Assembly: GCF_019393635.1 (NCBI RefSeq)
Contig: NC_057863.1
Coordinates: 490,520,948-490,584,947, forward strand
Direction: 5' to 3'
Origin: Dromiciops gliroides
Taxonomy: Eukaryota
DNA: 64,000 bases
A program made the position numbers and the translations under genes. The notes beneath the pieces are model-generated. The model saw only the letters and a list, made by a program, of their open reading frames with translations, was not told where the DNA came from and did no database searches. Each line of letters opens with the position of its first letter. The stretch's first letter is position 1. Positions 23,645-34,280 of the stretch are shown here, in pieces.

Positions 23645-23805
23645 GGGGTGGCTAGGTGGTGCAGTGGATAGAGCACCGGCCCTGGATTCAGGAGTACCTG
23701 AGTTCAAATCTGGCCTCAGACACTTGACACTTACTAGCTGTGTGACCCTGGGCAAGTCACTTAACCCCCATTGCCCTGCAAAAAACAACAACAAAAAAAA
23801 ACCCC
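23645..23805 (+). mobile_element. SINE1/MAR1-type SINE nested inside the L1 ORF2, with TSD aactctgagg.
   Basis: GGGGTGGCTAGGTGGTGCAGTGGATAGAGCACCGGCCCTGGATTCAGGAGTACCTGAGTTCAAATCTGGCCTCAGACACTTGACACTTACTAGCTGTGTGACCCTGGGCAAGTCACTTAACCCCCATTGCCCTGC + A-rich tail. It splits the L1 frame …IKTTLR|…|YHLTPVR. Confidence 0.9.
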
Positions 23806-24529
23806 CAACTCTGAGGTACCACCTGACACCTGTCAGATTGGCTAATATGACAAAAAAGGAAAATAATAAATGTTGGAGAAGCTGTGAAAAAATTGGAACA
23901 CTAATGCATTGTTGGTAAAGCTGTGAACTGATCCAACCATTCTGGAGAGCAATTTGGAATTATGCCCAAAAGGCTATAAAGCTGTACATACCCTTTGACC
24001 CAGTAATACCACTTTTGGGTCTTTTCCCCAAGGAGATTATAGAAAAGGGAAAAGGACCCACATGTTCAAAAATATTTATAGCTGCTCTTTTTGTGGTGGC
24101 AAGGAATTGGTAATTGAGGGGTTGCCCATCAGTTGGGGAATGGCTGAACAAGATGTGGTATATAAATGTAATGGAATTCTATTGTGCTATGAGAAACAAT
24201 GAACAGGAAGAGTTCAAAGAAACCTGGAAGGACTTGCATGAACTGATGATAAGTGAGATGAGCAGAACCAGAAGAACATTATACACAGTATCATCAACAT
24301 TATGTGGTGATCAACTGTGATAGACTGGATTCTTCTCACCAATACAATGCTACAAGAAAGTTCCAGGGGACTCATGATGGAAAAGGCTCTCCGGAGGAAA
24401 ATCCAGAAAAAAAAAAAGAACTATGGAATATGGACGCTGATTGAACCATACTATTTCTTTTGTTTTTGGTACTGTTGTTTTTCTATTTTAAGGTTTTTCC
24501 TTATTGCTCTGATTCTTCTCTTATAGCAT

Positions 24530-24640
24530 GACTGTTGTTATGTATGTATATGTGTATGTATACATATCTATGTATAGATATGTATATGTATATATACATG
24601 TGTGTGTATGTGTGTATATATATATATATATAGGATTTCC
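24530..24640. repeat. TA/TG-rich low-complexity microsatellite in the L1 3' UTR.
   Basis: Direct read: gtatgtatatgtgtatgtatacatatctatgtatagatatgtatatgtatatatacatgtgtgtgtatgtgtgtatatatatatatata. Confidence 0.85.
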
Positions 24641-25372
24641 TGTTGTCTGGGGGAGGGGGAAGGGAGGGGAGGGAGGGAGAAAAATTTGAAATTTGAAATC
24701 TTACGTAAACAAATGCTGAAAGCTATCTCTACATGTAACTGGAAAATAACTGAAAACCTCTACCTGGCCCATATGGAACTTTGGGCATCCTGATCTCCAT
24801 CCAAACGGAGGGATTCTTAGTGGTTTAGAGATAAAAAAATACTAAGACAGGCAGAGACACAGGTTAAAGGGCAGATATTTATGCAGGCCTGACCTTTAGA
24901 ATGTTACTGGTATGGTCGATCACTTATCATCAGTGTTGCCAATAAAATTAATAATTATAGCTAATGAGCTTGGCTTTATTACCACTACAGGAGTTGAATA
25001 TATAGAATGTCCATCTTCTTAGTCTATGATAGGATGATTTTGTGACTGTTATTACATTTGGAAACCTATCTATATTCTAAAGAGATGATACATGGAAAAA
25101 TATACATGCTATAGATAGACATATATATATATTTAAGATTATACTTACAACAAAGAATTTATACTTGGCTATGGTTCATCATATATAAACTAAAAAACTT
25201 ATTTAGAAACAAAATATCAGCCTAGAGCCTCAGAAAATATGCCTAATTCCATGGCCTTTGCACTGATCCTAATTTTTCCTTAAGAGGAACAGCAATGTCC
25301 AATAGCACAGTATGTTAACCAGCTGGGACAAGCAGTCACTATCAGAGAAAGATGTAGAGGAAAGACAGATAC

Positions 25373-25474
25373 CTCACTTTGAAGACTAAAAACCTGAGTC
25401 CAAAACACCACATTCTCTTTAATACCATTCAGCCAACTTTCTCTGTGGGTCATATAAGTCTGGGGTGTTTGTTT
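25373..25474 (-). CDS. PARP4: PARP4 exon. Encodes KQTPQTYMTHRESWLNGIKENVVFWTQVFSLQSE.
   Basis: Acceptor tttatttttgcttttcAG|AAACAA, donor AGTGAG|GTATCT. Corresponds to human …IQHWQDAVPWTELLSLQTE. Phase 0/0. Confidence 0.75.
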
Positions 25475-25570
25475 CTGAAAAGCAAAAATAAAGTCAGTAC
25501 AAGAATTTTTTCATGTTAATGGTTATACAGATCTAATCCAAGTTTATGTTTCCATAACACATTGCCTTAC

Positions 25571-26674
25571 CTTAGCAATTGATGGAGTAACATGCTGTAC
25601 TACAAAACTCTTCTCTGTAAATGAGAAAGCCGGAGTCTCTGCTTCTGATCTAGTATATTTGCATGGAGAAAATGAACGCTGATGGGGCCATGGCAGTTGT
25701 TCGTCATTTTCCATTTCAAAAATATGTTCATGACTTGATGAATCCACTTGAATTTTTTTTCCAAATAATGATGAGCTTGTATAATCAACAACTGCAGGGG
25801 AGGCAGACTGCTCCTTAAGTGCTAAAAGTGATTGATTCATTCTCTTAGATCTTGGAAATGAGTCCACCTGAGACCTAGGACAAAGTTTGGCAGAACCAGG
25901 AAGAGGAGGAGGAGGTGGAAGAGGAAGAAAAGAGTGAGAACTAGGAACAAAAGAACAAGGAGAAAAAGAAGAGCCAAGACTACGATGAGAAGCAGCAAGA
26001 GGAGTCTGATGGGAAAGAAAAGAAAAACGAAGTGGAGGAGGAAGAGGAGCAGGAGGAGGAGGAGGAGAAGGTGGTGGTGGAGGAGGGGAGCAGGAGACTG
26101 AAAAAGAAAAGTTTTGGGGAAGAAAACTAGGAGTAGGGAGGGTACTAGTAGGTAAGGCAGAGTCTGAATAAAGGGAACAGGAGGAATTGGAAATTGAGAG
26201 ATTAGTCAGAGGAGGAGGAAGGGGAGGGGGAAGAATTGGAGAGAAAAGAGTGAAAGGGGTTGCAGAGTGCTGATCCTGTTCTTCATGTTTACTAAATAAA
26301 AATGTTGCATCTGAATCTTTCTTAGTTAAATCTAACGCTTTGGCATTGCCATACTGGTCAGAAGCAAGGAGGAACTTGTCTGCTGATGGTTCTGGTAATG
26401 CACCAAAGGAAAGCTCTAAGAAATGAGATGGAGCAGAACAGAATTCCTCCATAGGAGAATCCAATGATAAATCCTCAGCCATGCTTGAGCAAAAGTCTAG
26501 TTGAATTTCTTTTTCCGGCCTGCCCTGGAAACCTTGTGGTGCTGAATGTTTCTTCAAAGGAGAAATAATGTCTGAAAAAGTAGTGTTCCTTGACCTTAAC
26601 TGAAAAACAGCTGAAACTTTTTTAGGAGCTGTAGAATGTTTTTGCTTCTTTCTTTTGGAATATTTCCTCTGAAC
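25571..26674 (-). CDS. PARP4: PARP4 large exon, 1104 nt or 368 codons. Encodes a lysine-rich segment followed by a long proline/serine-rich low-complexity region.
   Basis: Translation VQRKYSKRKKQKHSTAPKK…PPPPPPSPPPPPAPLPPP…VTPSIAK. Acceptor tttccctttccttcatgaaataccacAG|GTTCAG, donor AAG|GTAAGG. It lies mostly inside the 337-aa track ORF 25544..26557, whose M is really a TTG. Collinear with the human PARP4 region SKRKHRKIPFSKRK…proline-rich…. Confidence 0.8.
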
Positions 26675-27399
26675 CTGTGGTATTTCATGAAGGAAAGGGA
26701 AAAACAGAAGAAAATACAGAATTTCAGTCTTTCAAGCAGTTGAATAACTATGTTATTTACCAAGGAAAGAACATTTGAGAGAGGTGGTTTCCAAAGTAAC
26801 CTAAATTAAGATAACAGGCAGCAAAAACACAAGGTACTGTGAGAAAATATTAATAACTGATATATTATTATCATTTTCATAGTTCTCCCTCCCCCTCCAC
26901 TCAAAAGGCCAGCTCTCCTTGAGAGATTCTATTAAATCTCATCTAGCTCAAAACCACCTGACCCTATGCTCACAAAAGGAGCTTTGGGTAGAGATAGATT
27001 TTTTCTGTCTACATAGCCCAAGGATTTACTGATAAGATTAAAGCACACCTAGACGAATGGATTTTGCCCTGACCAACTTGAGTGGGGGTCTTGCATTCCT
27101 TTCTCTGATGTCATCTCTGGAGTTCATTATAATATAACCAACCTTCAAGTAGTGTAAACCAATTAGATTTAAATGATGCTAACCAATTAGATTTGTTTGA
27201 TTGATATATAATGACCTGCCTCTTATCAAAAGAGATAAAAAACCTGGACAGGTAGCCTTGTGGGCTCTCTACACCCTTTCTCATGGATCTCCTTGGGACC
27301 ACATACTGTCTCTCTGGGGGACCACATGTGCTTTTGGGGGGCTTTTCTCATGCTCGAGCTAACTGGCATGGTAGTATCTTCACCTTTCTCATTTTTGAT

Positions 27400-28165
27400 A
27401 CTACTAACTTGATTTTCTCCTTTTAGAAAATTAAATTAAATAATGATTTCTCTATTTCATTTTTTCACAAAACCAACTCCTAATTTTATTTATTAATTTA
27501 ATGTTTTTTTAAGCTTTCTATTTTATTAATCTCTTCTTTGATTTGTAGGATTTCTATTTTGGTAACTACTTAGGGATTTTTAATTTGTTCCTTTTCCTAG
27601 TTTTCTTTAGTTGTATGCCCAATGCATTGATTTGCTCTTTTTCTCTTTTATTGATGTAAGTAAGCATTGAGACATATAAATTTCCCCCTAAGTTCTGCAT
27701 CTCACAAATTTTGGTACATTGTCTTATTGCTATCATTTCTTTAATAAGTTTATTGATTATTTCTAGGAATTGTTCTTCAACCCATTCATTTTTAAGATTA
27801 AAATATTTAGTTTCCAATTAATTTTAATCTATGCTTCAGAGGCCTCTTATTGAATAGATTTTTATTGTATTATCTGAAAAGGATACATTTAATATTTCAA
27901 ATTTTCTTCATTTTTGAGCTTTTTAATGCCCTAATACAATTTATGTTTGATTTTTTATGAAGATGCAATCAACACCTGAGAAAAGGTATGTTTGTCTCTT
28001 TTTCTATTCAGAGATCTCTCCAGAGATCTATCATACCCAACTTTTCTACAGTTCTATTATCTTCTTATTGCCCTTTTAATTTTCTTGAAATTTTTTCTGT
28101 TTTCTTTCACAATCTAACTAATATGGAAATGTTTTGCATGAGAAAAATCTTCCCCTCCCCACTAT
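27400..28165 (+). mobile_element. LINE/L1-like fragment. It ends in an L1 3' UTR motif (…ttttctttcacaatctaactaatatggaaatgttttgcatga…).
   Basis: The 3' end, ~28000-28165, matches the L1 3' UTR consensus seen at 46200-46440 and 53640-53860. The upstream part is T-rich and L1-like but diverged. Confidence 0.45.
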
Positions 28166-28974
28166 CCTCCAGCAAGGACATTGATGGCTCTTGACTCAGC
28201 GGCTGTGACTGGATTGAATACTTTAAGAATCACACAGGGACATATACGATCACTGTTTGTTCAGTGACAATTCTCTCTTCAGATTCGCTCAGGAGGCTCC
28301 TCTGGAGCCATCTGGGTCCAGTGGCAAGATATAGATCAGAATGACTGGAGATGGCCAGTACCTACATTCTCCTCAGATCACCCACACATTATATAGAAGG
28401 TAGAAAACTAGAGGTGAATGTAATGACCAAATTCCAGTTTTAGAATAAAATAGATTTTGTATTTGTTTTCACTATGAAAAAAAGAGGAACAATAGCATAT
28501 GTGGAACTGGGGCACTGACAATGCAATCATGGCAATTAATGATACTTTACTATAACTATTTTGATAGAGATGGGTATAAGGACTGGGCCTGTGATGTTAA
28601 TGCACATAAAATTCTCCGATGAGGAAATTCCCACTACCATTGCAGGTCGGTACCTCTTCTGTAACTTACCGTCTTCAGAGAGTTGCCCTGAGCTCTGATA
28701 TTAAGTAACTTGCCCAGAGTCGCATAGCCAGTATTTATGTGTCAGAGGCTGAACTTGAAGCTGGGTTTTCCTGACTTCGAGGCCAGCTTCTATTCCCTGT
28801 GCCATACTGCCTCTCTCCTTAGAAAAGTAAAAACGTTTTTAAAAGCCTTTTCAATGTAGCTATGGTGCTCTGGGAATTGAATAACAAAATAAGAGTCCTT
28901 GATGCATACTTTCATACTCCTTGTAGAGCTGGGGGTGTAGTACAAAGACTATCAGCTCTCTCTTTAATATCAAT

Positions 28975-31900
28975 CTAAATGACATCTATTCATATCTTCT
29001 ACTCTGAAATGTCAGTCAGTCAGTCAATAAACATTTATTAAATATCTACTTTGTGCCAAGAACTATGCTAAGTGCTAAGGATACAAAAAGGGGCAAAAGA
29101 TAGTCTCTGCTCTCAAGGAGCTCACTATCTAAAGGGCAGGGGGGAGATGGTAAGCAAACAAATGCGAACAAACAAGCAGAAAAAAAACCTCTGTGTGTGT
29201 GTGTAGGAAATAATTAGAGGGAAGGTGATAGAATTAAGAAGTGTTGGGAAATGCTTTCTGCAGAGGATGGGATTTTAATTCGGTCTCAGAAGGAAGCCAG
29301 AAAACCAGGAGGCTTCCCAGAGATGAGTAGAAAAAGCATTCCAGGGATGGAGGACAGATAGAGAAAATGCTGGAGCCAAGAGATAGAATGTCTTATTTGA
29401 GGAACAACAAGGAGGCCAGTGTCACTGGACTGAAGAGTACATGGTGTAGAATAAGCTGTAAAGAGATGGGGAAATGGTGGGGCAGGGGGAAGGGGTTAGG
29501 AAATGAAGGGCTTTGAATGACAAACAGAAGATTTTGTATTTGATCCTGGAAGCCACTGGAGTTTACTGAAGAGGGGTGGTGGTGACATTATTGGACCTGT
29601 GCTTTAGGAAAATCACTTAGACAGCTGAAGGGAGAGACTCAAGGCAGGCAGACCCACCAGCAGGATATTGCAGGAATCAAGGTGTTGTGGCCATGTTGCA
29701 TTTAAAATATCTACAGAACAACCAGTTGAAGATGTCTGAAAGGCAGTTAGAAATGAGAAATCGTAGGTCAATAGAGAAGTTAGGGCAGGAAAAGTAGATT
29801 TGAGAATCATCAGCATAGAAACGCTAATTAATTCTATGGGAACTGATGAGATCATCAAGTGAAGTGCTACAGAGGGAGAAGAGAAGAAGGCTGAACTCTA
29901 AGGAATACCTACAAGTTAGAGGACATGATCTGGAGGAGGATGCAGCAAAAGAGATAGGTTAAAAAGGTAGGAAGAAAATCAGGAGAGAGTGGTGTCCTGA
30001 AAACCTAGAGACAAGAGAGGACGAGATTGTGATCAACAGTGTCAAAGACTACAGAGAAATCAAGGAGAATGAGGATTAAGAAAACTGGATTTGGCAACTA
30101 AGAGGATCCTCAGTAACTTTGGAAAGAGCAGTTTCGGTGGGATGGTGAGGTCAGAAGCTCAACTGTAAAGTGTTAAGAAGTGAGCAAGAGGAGAGAGAGT
30201 GGAAGTACCTATTGTAGATGGCCTTTTCAAGGAGTTTGGCTATAAAGGGAGAAGAGATATAGAATGATAGGATGGAAGGATCAAGAAAGGGTATTTTGGA
30301 GATAAGGTAGACACAGACATGTGCCTAGGTGGAGAGGAAGGAGACAGTAGACAGAGAGACAATGAAGATAAGTGAGAGAGTAAGAATGAGAAGGGGGCAG
30401 TCTGTTGGAGGGTATGGGACAGGATAAGATAGTTTATGGAAGGGTATACTTTGAGAAGGAGCAAGACTACCTCATCATGTGAGACAGGGGTGAGGGAAGA
30501 AATAGTACCAGGGAGGTCAAAATAAATAGCCTCAATTTTTTTGTAAAATAAAAGGCAAGGTTCTCTGATGAATGGGTGCGGGCAGGGAGGTATGAAATTG
30601 AATGCAAAGATTTGGAAGAACTGCTATGGAGAGTATGAGACAATGATTCGATTGGGGAGGTACAGAAGAACTGCCTAGTGGCAGTGAGGGCCCAGTTAAG
30701 GTTATCTCCACTGTCATTCAGCAGCATGGGTGTCAGAGTTAAGGGAGCCAATGGTAGGAGTCATCTAAGGCTGAAGCTTGCTTGGGAGGATACAACTGTT
30801 GATATGATAAGGGGGCCAAGGACTCAAGAGAAGAAAAGTATAGAGTTGAATTAACCAAGGGATCAAGATGTAGAAAATCCCCCAGTACAGGAGATATGGC
30901 CTGGGAGAGAACTGAGAGGTAGAGAGACTGGAGGTCATGATGTGAAAAAGGACTAGAGTTTGGTAAGGGAAGGCAGATGAAGAGGCAGAAAGACATTAGA
31001 TTATGGTCAGATATGGGGACTTCACAATTCTTGACTATGAAGATGGTTCATCTGTGGGGGATGGGAAGATCAAGAGTAAAATCATCTATGTATGTAGCTG
31101 AGGTGAGGTGGAGGAGTAGGACATGGCAAGTAGGTTGACTGAAGAACTGAGTGGTTAGGATGCTTGAGGGAGAATCAATATATATATGTTGGAGTCCCCT
31201 AGTAGGAAAAGAGGAGTTGAATAGGAGAGAAAAATTGTGAACCAGGTACCAAACTCTTTTAGAAAGGAAGGAGAGTGAACTAGACATCTGTAGACAACAT
31301 TTACCTGGATTTTGATAGAGTGGTAAATATGAATAACATGGACCTTAAAGGAAGAGAGATTACTTAAAGATAAAGGTAGGGACAATGAAAGTGGCATTGA
31401 GGAGCAAGGAATATTCTAATTCTTCTGCCTTAACCTGTGAACTGAGGGCAATAAACAAAGGTGCAGCCAGTACTGGAAAAGGTGCAGCCAAGGAGGCTGT
31501 GTCATCAGGAGGGAGTCATGTTTCAGTGATTACTAATTGCCAAAAGGGATGGGAGAGGAAAAGTTTTAGGAGGAAGGGAAATTTGTTGCCTATGGAAGAG
31601 GTATTCCAAATGGCCCAGTGGAAGGGGGGGGTGGGGTCTGGTTGGGATTTGGGGGTAGCAGGGTTGAGGACAATGGGAAAGTGGGGTTCAGAATCATTGG
31701 TATACGTAGGTCTAACCATATGAGAGAATGTTCATCACTGAGTGGAAGGCAACATTCCTCTTTACAGAGGAGGCTAGGGATCAGGCAAGAGACAAGTATA
31801 TGAAATGGAAGACATTTGGTTAAATATTCAGATGGGAGGCCTTATTTCACCATTCCTCTTCACTCCAAAGGCTGGAATGCCATTATATTTATTTTCTGTA
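28975..31900 (+). repeat. Long (~2.9 kb) copy of the unclassified interspersed repeat family (CAGTCAGTCAATAAACATTTATTAAATATCTAC… 5' motif).
   Basis: Extensive sequence similarity to 3700-4260, 34300-34900 and 45540-46950. The purine-rich low-complexity sequence produces spurious ORFs on both strands. Confidence 0.55.
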
Positions 31901-32139
31901 TCATTTATTCTAGGAATTAATCATGATATTTTATACTGTTATTTAAATGATTCATAAACACACACACATATATATATACATATGCATAAAATATGTGTGT
32001 ATATTTATACATAAAATTTCCCCTTCTGGATATGGGTACTATATAAATTATTTGACAGCAGGAACCATTTCTCTTTTTTTTTTCATCATTTAAAGAACCT
32101 TGCACAGTTCAGTAGATAGTTGTTGAATTTAATGGAGGA

Positions 32140-32830
32140 TATGGTATATGCAAAACTGTGCTATTTTCATTGTGGCAAAGAATTAGAAACTTAAAGGGGC
32201 GCCTATCAATTGGGAAGTTGTGTTTATATTTGTGATGCAATGCTATTGTGCTGTAAGAAATGAATAATATGATTTTAGAAAAACCTGGAAAGACTTTTTA
32301 TGAACTGATGAAAAGTGAAGTAAGTAGAACCAGGAGAATAATTTATACAATACCAATGGTATTGTAAAGACAAACAACTTTTAAAGACTTAGAAACTCTG
32401 GTGAACACAATGGAACCAGTCTCAGTTCTCCAGGACTCATGATAAAGCATACTACCTATTTCCAGATTGCTAGGGGATGGATTTAGAGTGTAGATTGAAG
32501 CATTTTTTTTTATATGGTTAATACAGGAATTTTTTTTTTGTTTGACTAGATATATTTGTAATAGCTTTGGGGTTTTCTTTTTCTTTTCTTTTTTTTTTTT
32601 AGTGAGGCAATTGGGTTTAAGTGACTTGCCCAGGGTCACACAGCTAGTAAGTGTTAAGTGTCTGAAGCCAGATTTGAACTCAGGAACTCCTGACTCCAGG
32701 GCTGGTGCTCTATCCACTGCGCCACCTAGCTGCCCTGGGGTTTGCTTTTTCAATAGTTAGAGGAGAAAAAAGTTGGAGGGAGAAAATTTGGAACTGAAAA
32801 TAAAATAAAACTGAATTTTTTTAAAAAAGT
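32140..32830 (+). mobile_element. L1 3'-end fragment interrupted by a SINE insertion at 32590-32737.
   Basis: …gtggcaaagaattagaaacttaaaggggcgcctatcaattgggaagttg…gtaagtagaaccaggagaataatttatacaat… is an L1 ORF2 end plus 3' UTR. The UTR resumes after the SINE (…gaaaatttggaactgaaaataaaataaaactg…). Confidence 0.7.
32590..32737 (-). mobile_element. SINE1/MAR1-type SINE, reverse orientation, nested in the L1 3' UTR.
   Basis: Poly-T then agtgaggcaattgggtttaagtgacttgcccagggtcacacagctagtaagtgttaagtgtctgaagccagatttgaactcaggaactcctgactccagggctggtgctctatccactgcgccacctagctgccc. TSD ggggtttKcttttt. Confidence 0.9.
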
Positions 32831-32855
32831 AAAGTTGTGGGAAAAGAACACAGTT

Positions 32856-32858
<3 letters not shown>

Positions 32859-32914
<56 letters not shown>
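32859..32914. repeat. Compound microsatellite (GT)17(GA)11.
   Basis: Direct read: gtgtgtgtgtgt…gagagagagaga. Confidence 0.9.
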
Positions 32915-32916
<2 letters not shown>

Positions 32917-33030
32917 ATGAGTGTGTGGGGGGCACTAACAAACTTGGCCCAAGAAGGTCCATTTTGAAAAATAATTATTTATTATAAATAAAGGCTATAT
33001 CACAAGCTTCTTTTTCACATTAAAACTTAC

Positions 33031-33153
33031 CTCCACCATTGCATATTCTGGCTGTTCCACTTCCCAATCCATATATGGCAGAAAGTCTATATCTTCTGTG
33101 GTGATAAGTTCCAAAATATTTGGAGTGTAGGGATCCAGTGATTTATTGTCATC
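33031..33153 (-). CDS. PARP4: PARP4 exon. Encodes DDNKSLDPYTPNILELITTEDIDFLPYMDWEVEQPEYAMVE.
   Basis: Acceptor cacttgtttttactcAG|GATGAC, donor GTGGAG|GTAAGT. Matches human DENESPFPDIPKVSELIAKEDVDFLPYMSWQGEPQEAVRNQ. Confidence 0.85.
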
Positions 33154-33454
33154 CTGAGTAAAAACAAGTGAATGTAGAACTTATTTTTATAATAAAGCTT
33201 TCATGATTCCATAGACCACAAAAGACAAGCCCCAACTTGGGACTGCTCCTAGAATTAGAGTGTCAATAAATGTCACACTCTAAAACTGAAGCTAATCAAA
33301 ATAAACCATGAGATGAATTAGTTGCAAAAGTAGATGAGCTATTCATGACTAGGTAGCTTTAAAAAATCAGGAAAATAACCAATATGTAACTTACTGTAGT
33401 CAATTCAATTCAACACAAGTTTTTGCTGGAAACATATACATTTTGTTTTTTAGG

Positions 33455-33605
33455 GTTTTTTGGGCAGGGCAGGGCAATGAGGGTTAAGTGACTTGCCCAG
33501 GGTCACATAGCTAGTTAAGTGTCAAGTGTCTGAGGCTGGATTTGAACTCAGGTCCTCCTGAATCCAAGGCCAGTGCTTTATCCACTGCGCCACCTAGCTG
33601 CCCCC
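33455..33605 (-). mobile_element. SINE1/MAR1-type SINE, reverse orientation, with a 15-bp TSD (aaacatatacatttt).
   Basis: gcagggcagggcaatgagggttaagtgacttgcccagggtcacatagctagttaagtgtcaagtgtctgaggctggatttgaactcaggtcctcctgaatccaaggccagtgctttatccactgcgccacctagctgccccc. Identical flanking repeats. Confidence 0.9.
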
Positions 33606-33685
33606 AAAACATATACATTTTAAAGGCCAGGAACTTGGCTGGCAAGGGAGAAGTGGTCTTTTCCTCTGCTTCTCCTTTTTAAAGA

Positions 33686-33834
33686 TTTTTTTTTTTGGTG
33701 GGGCAATGAGGGTTAAGTGACTTACCCAGGGCCACACAGCTAGTAAGTATCAAGTGTCTGAGGCTGGATTTGAACTCAGGTCTTCCTGAATCCAGGGCCG
33801 GTGCTTTATCCACTGCACCACCTAGCTGCCCCCA
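33686..33834 (-). mobile_element. SINE1/MAR1-type SINE, reverse orientation.
   Basis: Poly-T then ggtggggcaatgagggttaagtgacttacccagggccacacagctagtaagtatcaagtgtctgaggctggatttgaactcaggtcttcctgaatccagggccggtgctttatccactgcaccacctagctgccccc. Confidence 0.85.
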
Positions 33835-34140
33835 ATGTCAGGGCTTCTTAAACTTTTTCTACTTGCGACTTCTTTTTGCCCAAGAAATTTTTATGTGACC
33901 TTGGGTATACAGGTATATAAAACAGCATACATACATAACCTTTTACTGTGGCCAGATTTTTTGTGTCCCCCACATTCAGTTACACAACCCCATATTGATT
34001 TTTTGTGACCCTCACGTTCAGTTATACAACCCCATATTGGTTCACATTTTGAGAAGCTTTGGTCTATGTGACATTCAGTTTGAAATTTCTAATAGGCAGT
34101 TGGAAATATGAGACTGGGTGGTCAAGAAAGAGGTTGGGGG

Positions 34141-34280
34141 GAGGGTAGCTAGGTGGCACAGTGGATAGAGTACCGGCCCTGAATTCAGGAGAACCTGAGT
34201 TCAAATCTGGCCTCAGACACTTGACACTTACTAGCTCTGTGACCCTGGGCAAGTCAATTAACCCCAATTGCCCCGCAAAA
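34141..34280 (+). mobile_element. SINE1/MAR1-type SINE with TSD gaaagaggttRgg.
   Basis: GAGGGTAGCTAGGTGGCACAGTGGATAGAGTACCGGCCCTGAATTCAGGAGAACCTGAGTTCAAATCTGGCCTCAGACACTTGACACTTACTAGCTCTGTGACCCTGGGCAAGTCAATTAACCCCAATTGCCCCGC. Confidence 0.85.

Larger units (their letters stand above)
22470..24765 (+). mobile_element. L1 (LINE-1) fragment, from the ORF2 reverse-transcriptase C-terminal half through the 3' UTR. The ORF2 reading frame is interrupted, so it is not intact.
   Basis: Translations …IKYLGVYLPRQTQELYEHNYQTLFTQIKSDLNNWKDINCSWIGRANIVKMTILPKLIYLFSAIP…, …CWENRKIVWQKLGIDQHLTPYTKIRSKWVHDLD…, and …FSDEEIKAIYSHMKKCSKSLLIREMQIKTTLR…HLTPVRLANMTKKENNKCWRSCEKIGTLMHCW… are typical L1 ORF2. The 3' UTR resembles the other L1 ends in the window. 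Confidence 0.85.

Noticed and set aside
22511-23918. ORFs 22511..22825, 22992..23477 and 23535..23918 as host protein-coding genes.
   Set aside because: Their translations are L1 ORF2 reverse-transcriptase and C-terminal fragments. They are broken by frameshifts and a SINE insertion, so they are decayed retrotransposon sequence.
25544-26557. The 337-aa track ORF taken at face value as a gene starting with M at 26557.
   Set aside because: The start codon at 26555-26557 is TTG, because the track allows alternative starts. The frame is open for a further 117 nt upstream to a strong acceptor at 26675/26674. It ends in a consensus AAG|GTAAGG donor at 25571/25570, 25 nt before the stop. It is an internal PARP4 exon, not a stand-alone gene.
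30240-31723. Cluster of overlapping 60-110-aa ORFs on both strands within 30240-31723.
   Set aside because: They lie inside the purine-rich unclassified interspersed repeat (28975-31900). The low-complexity composition (S/L/P-rich translations) and the absence of splice-consistent homology indicate non-coding repeat sequence.
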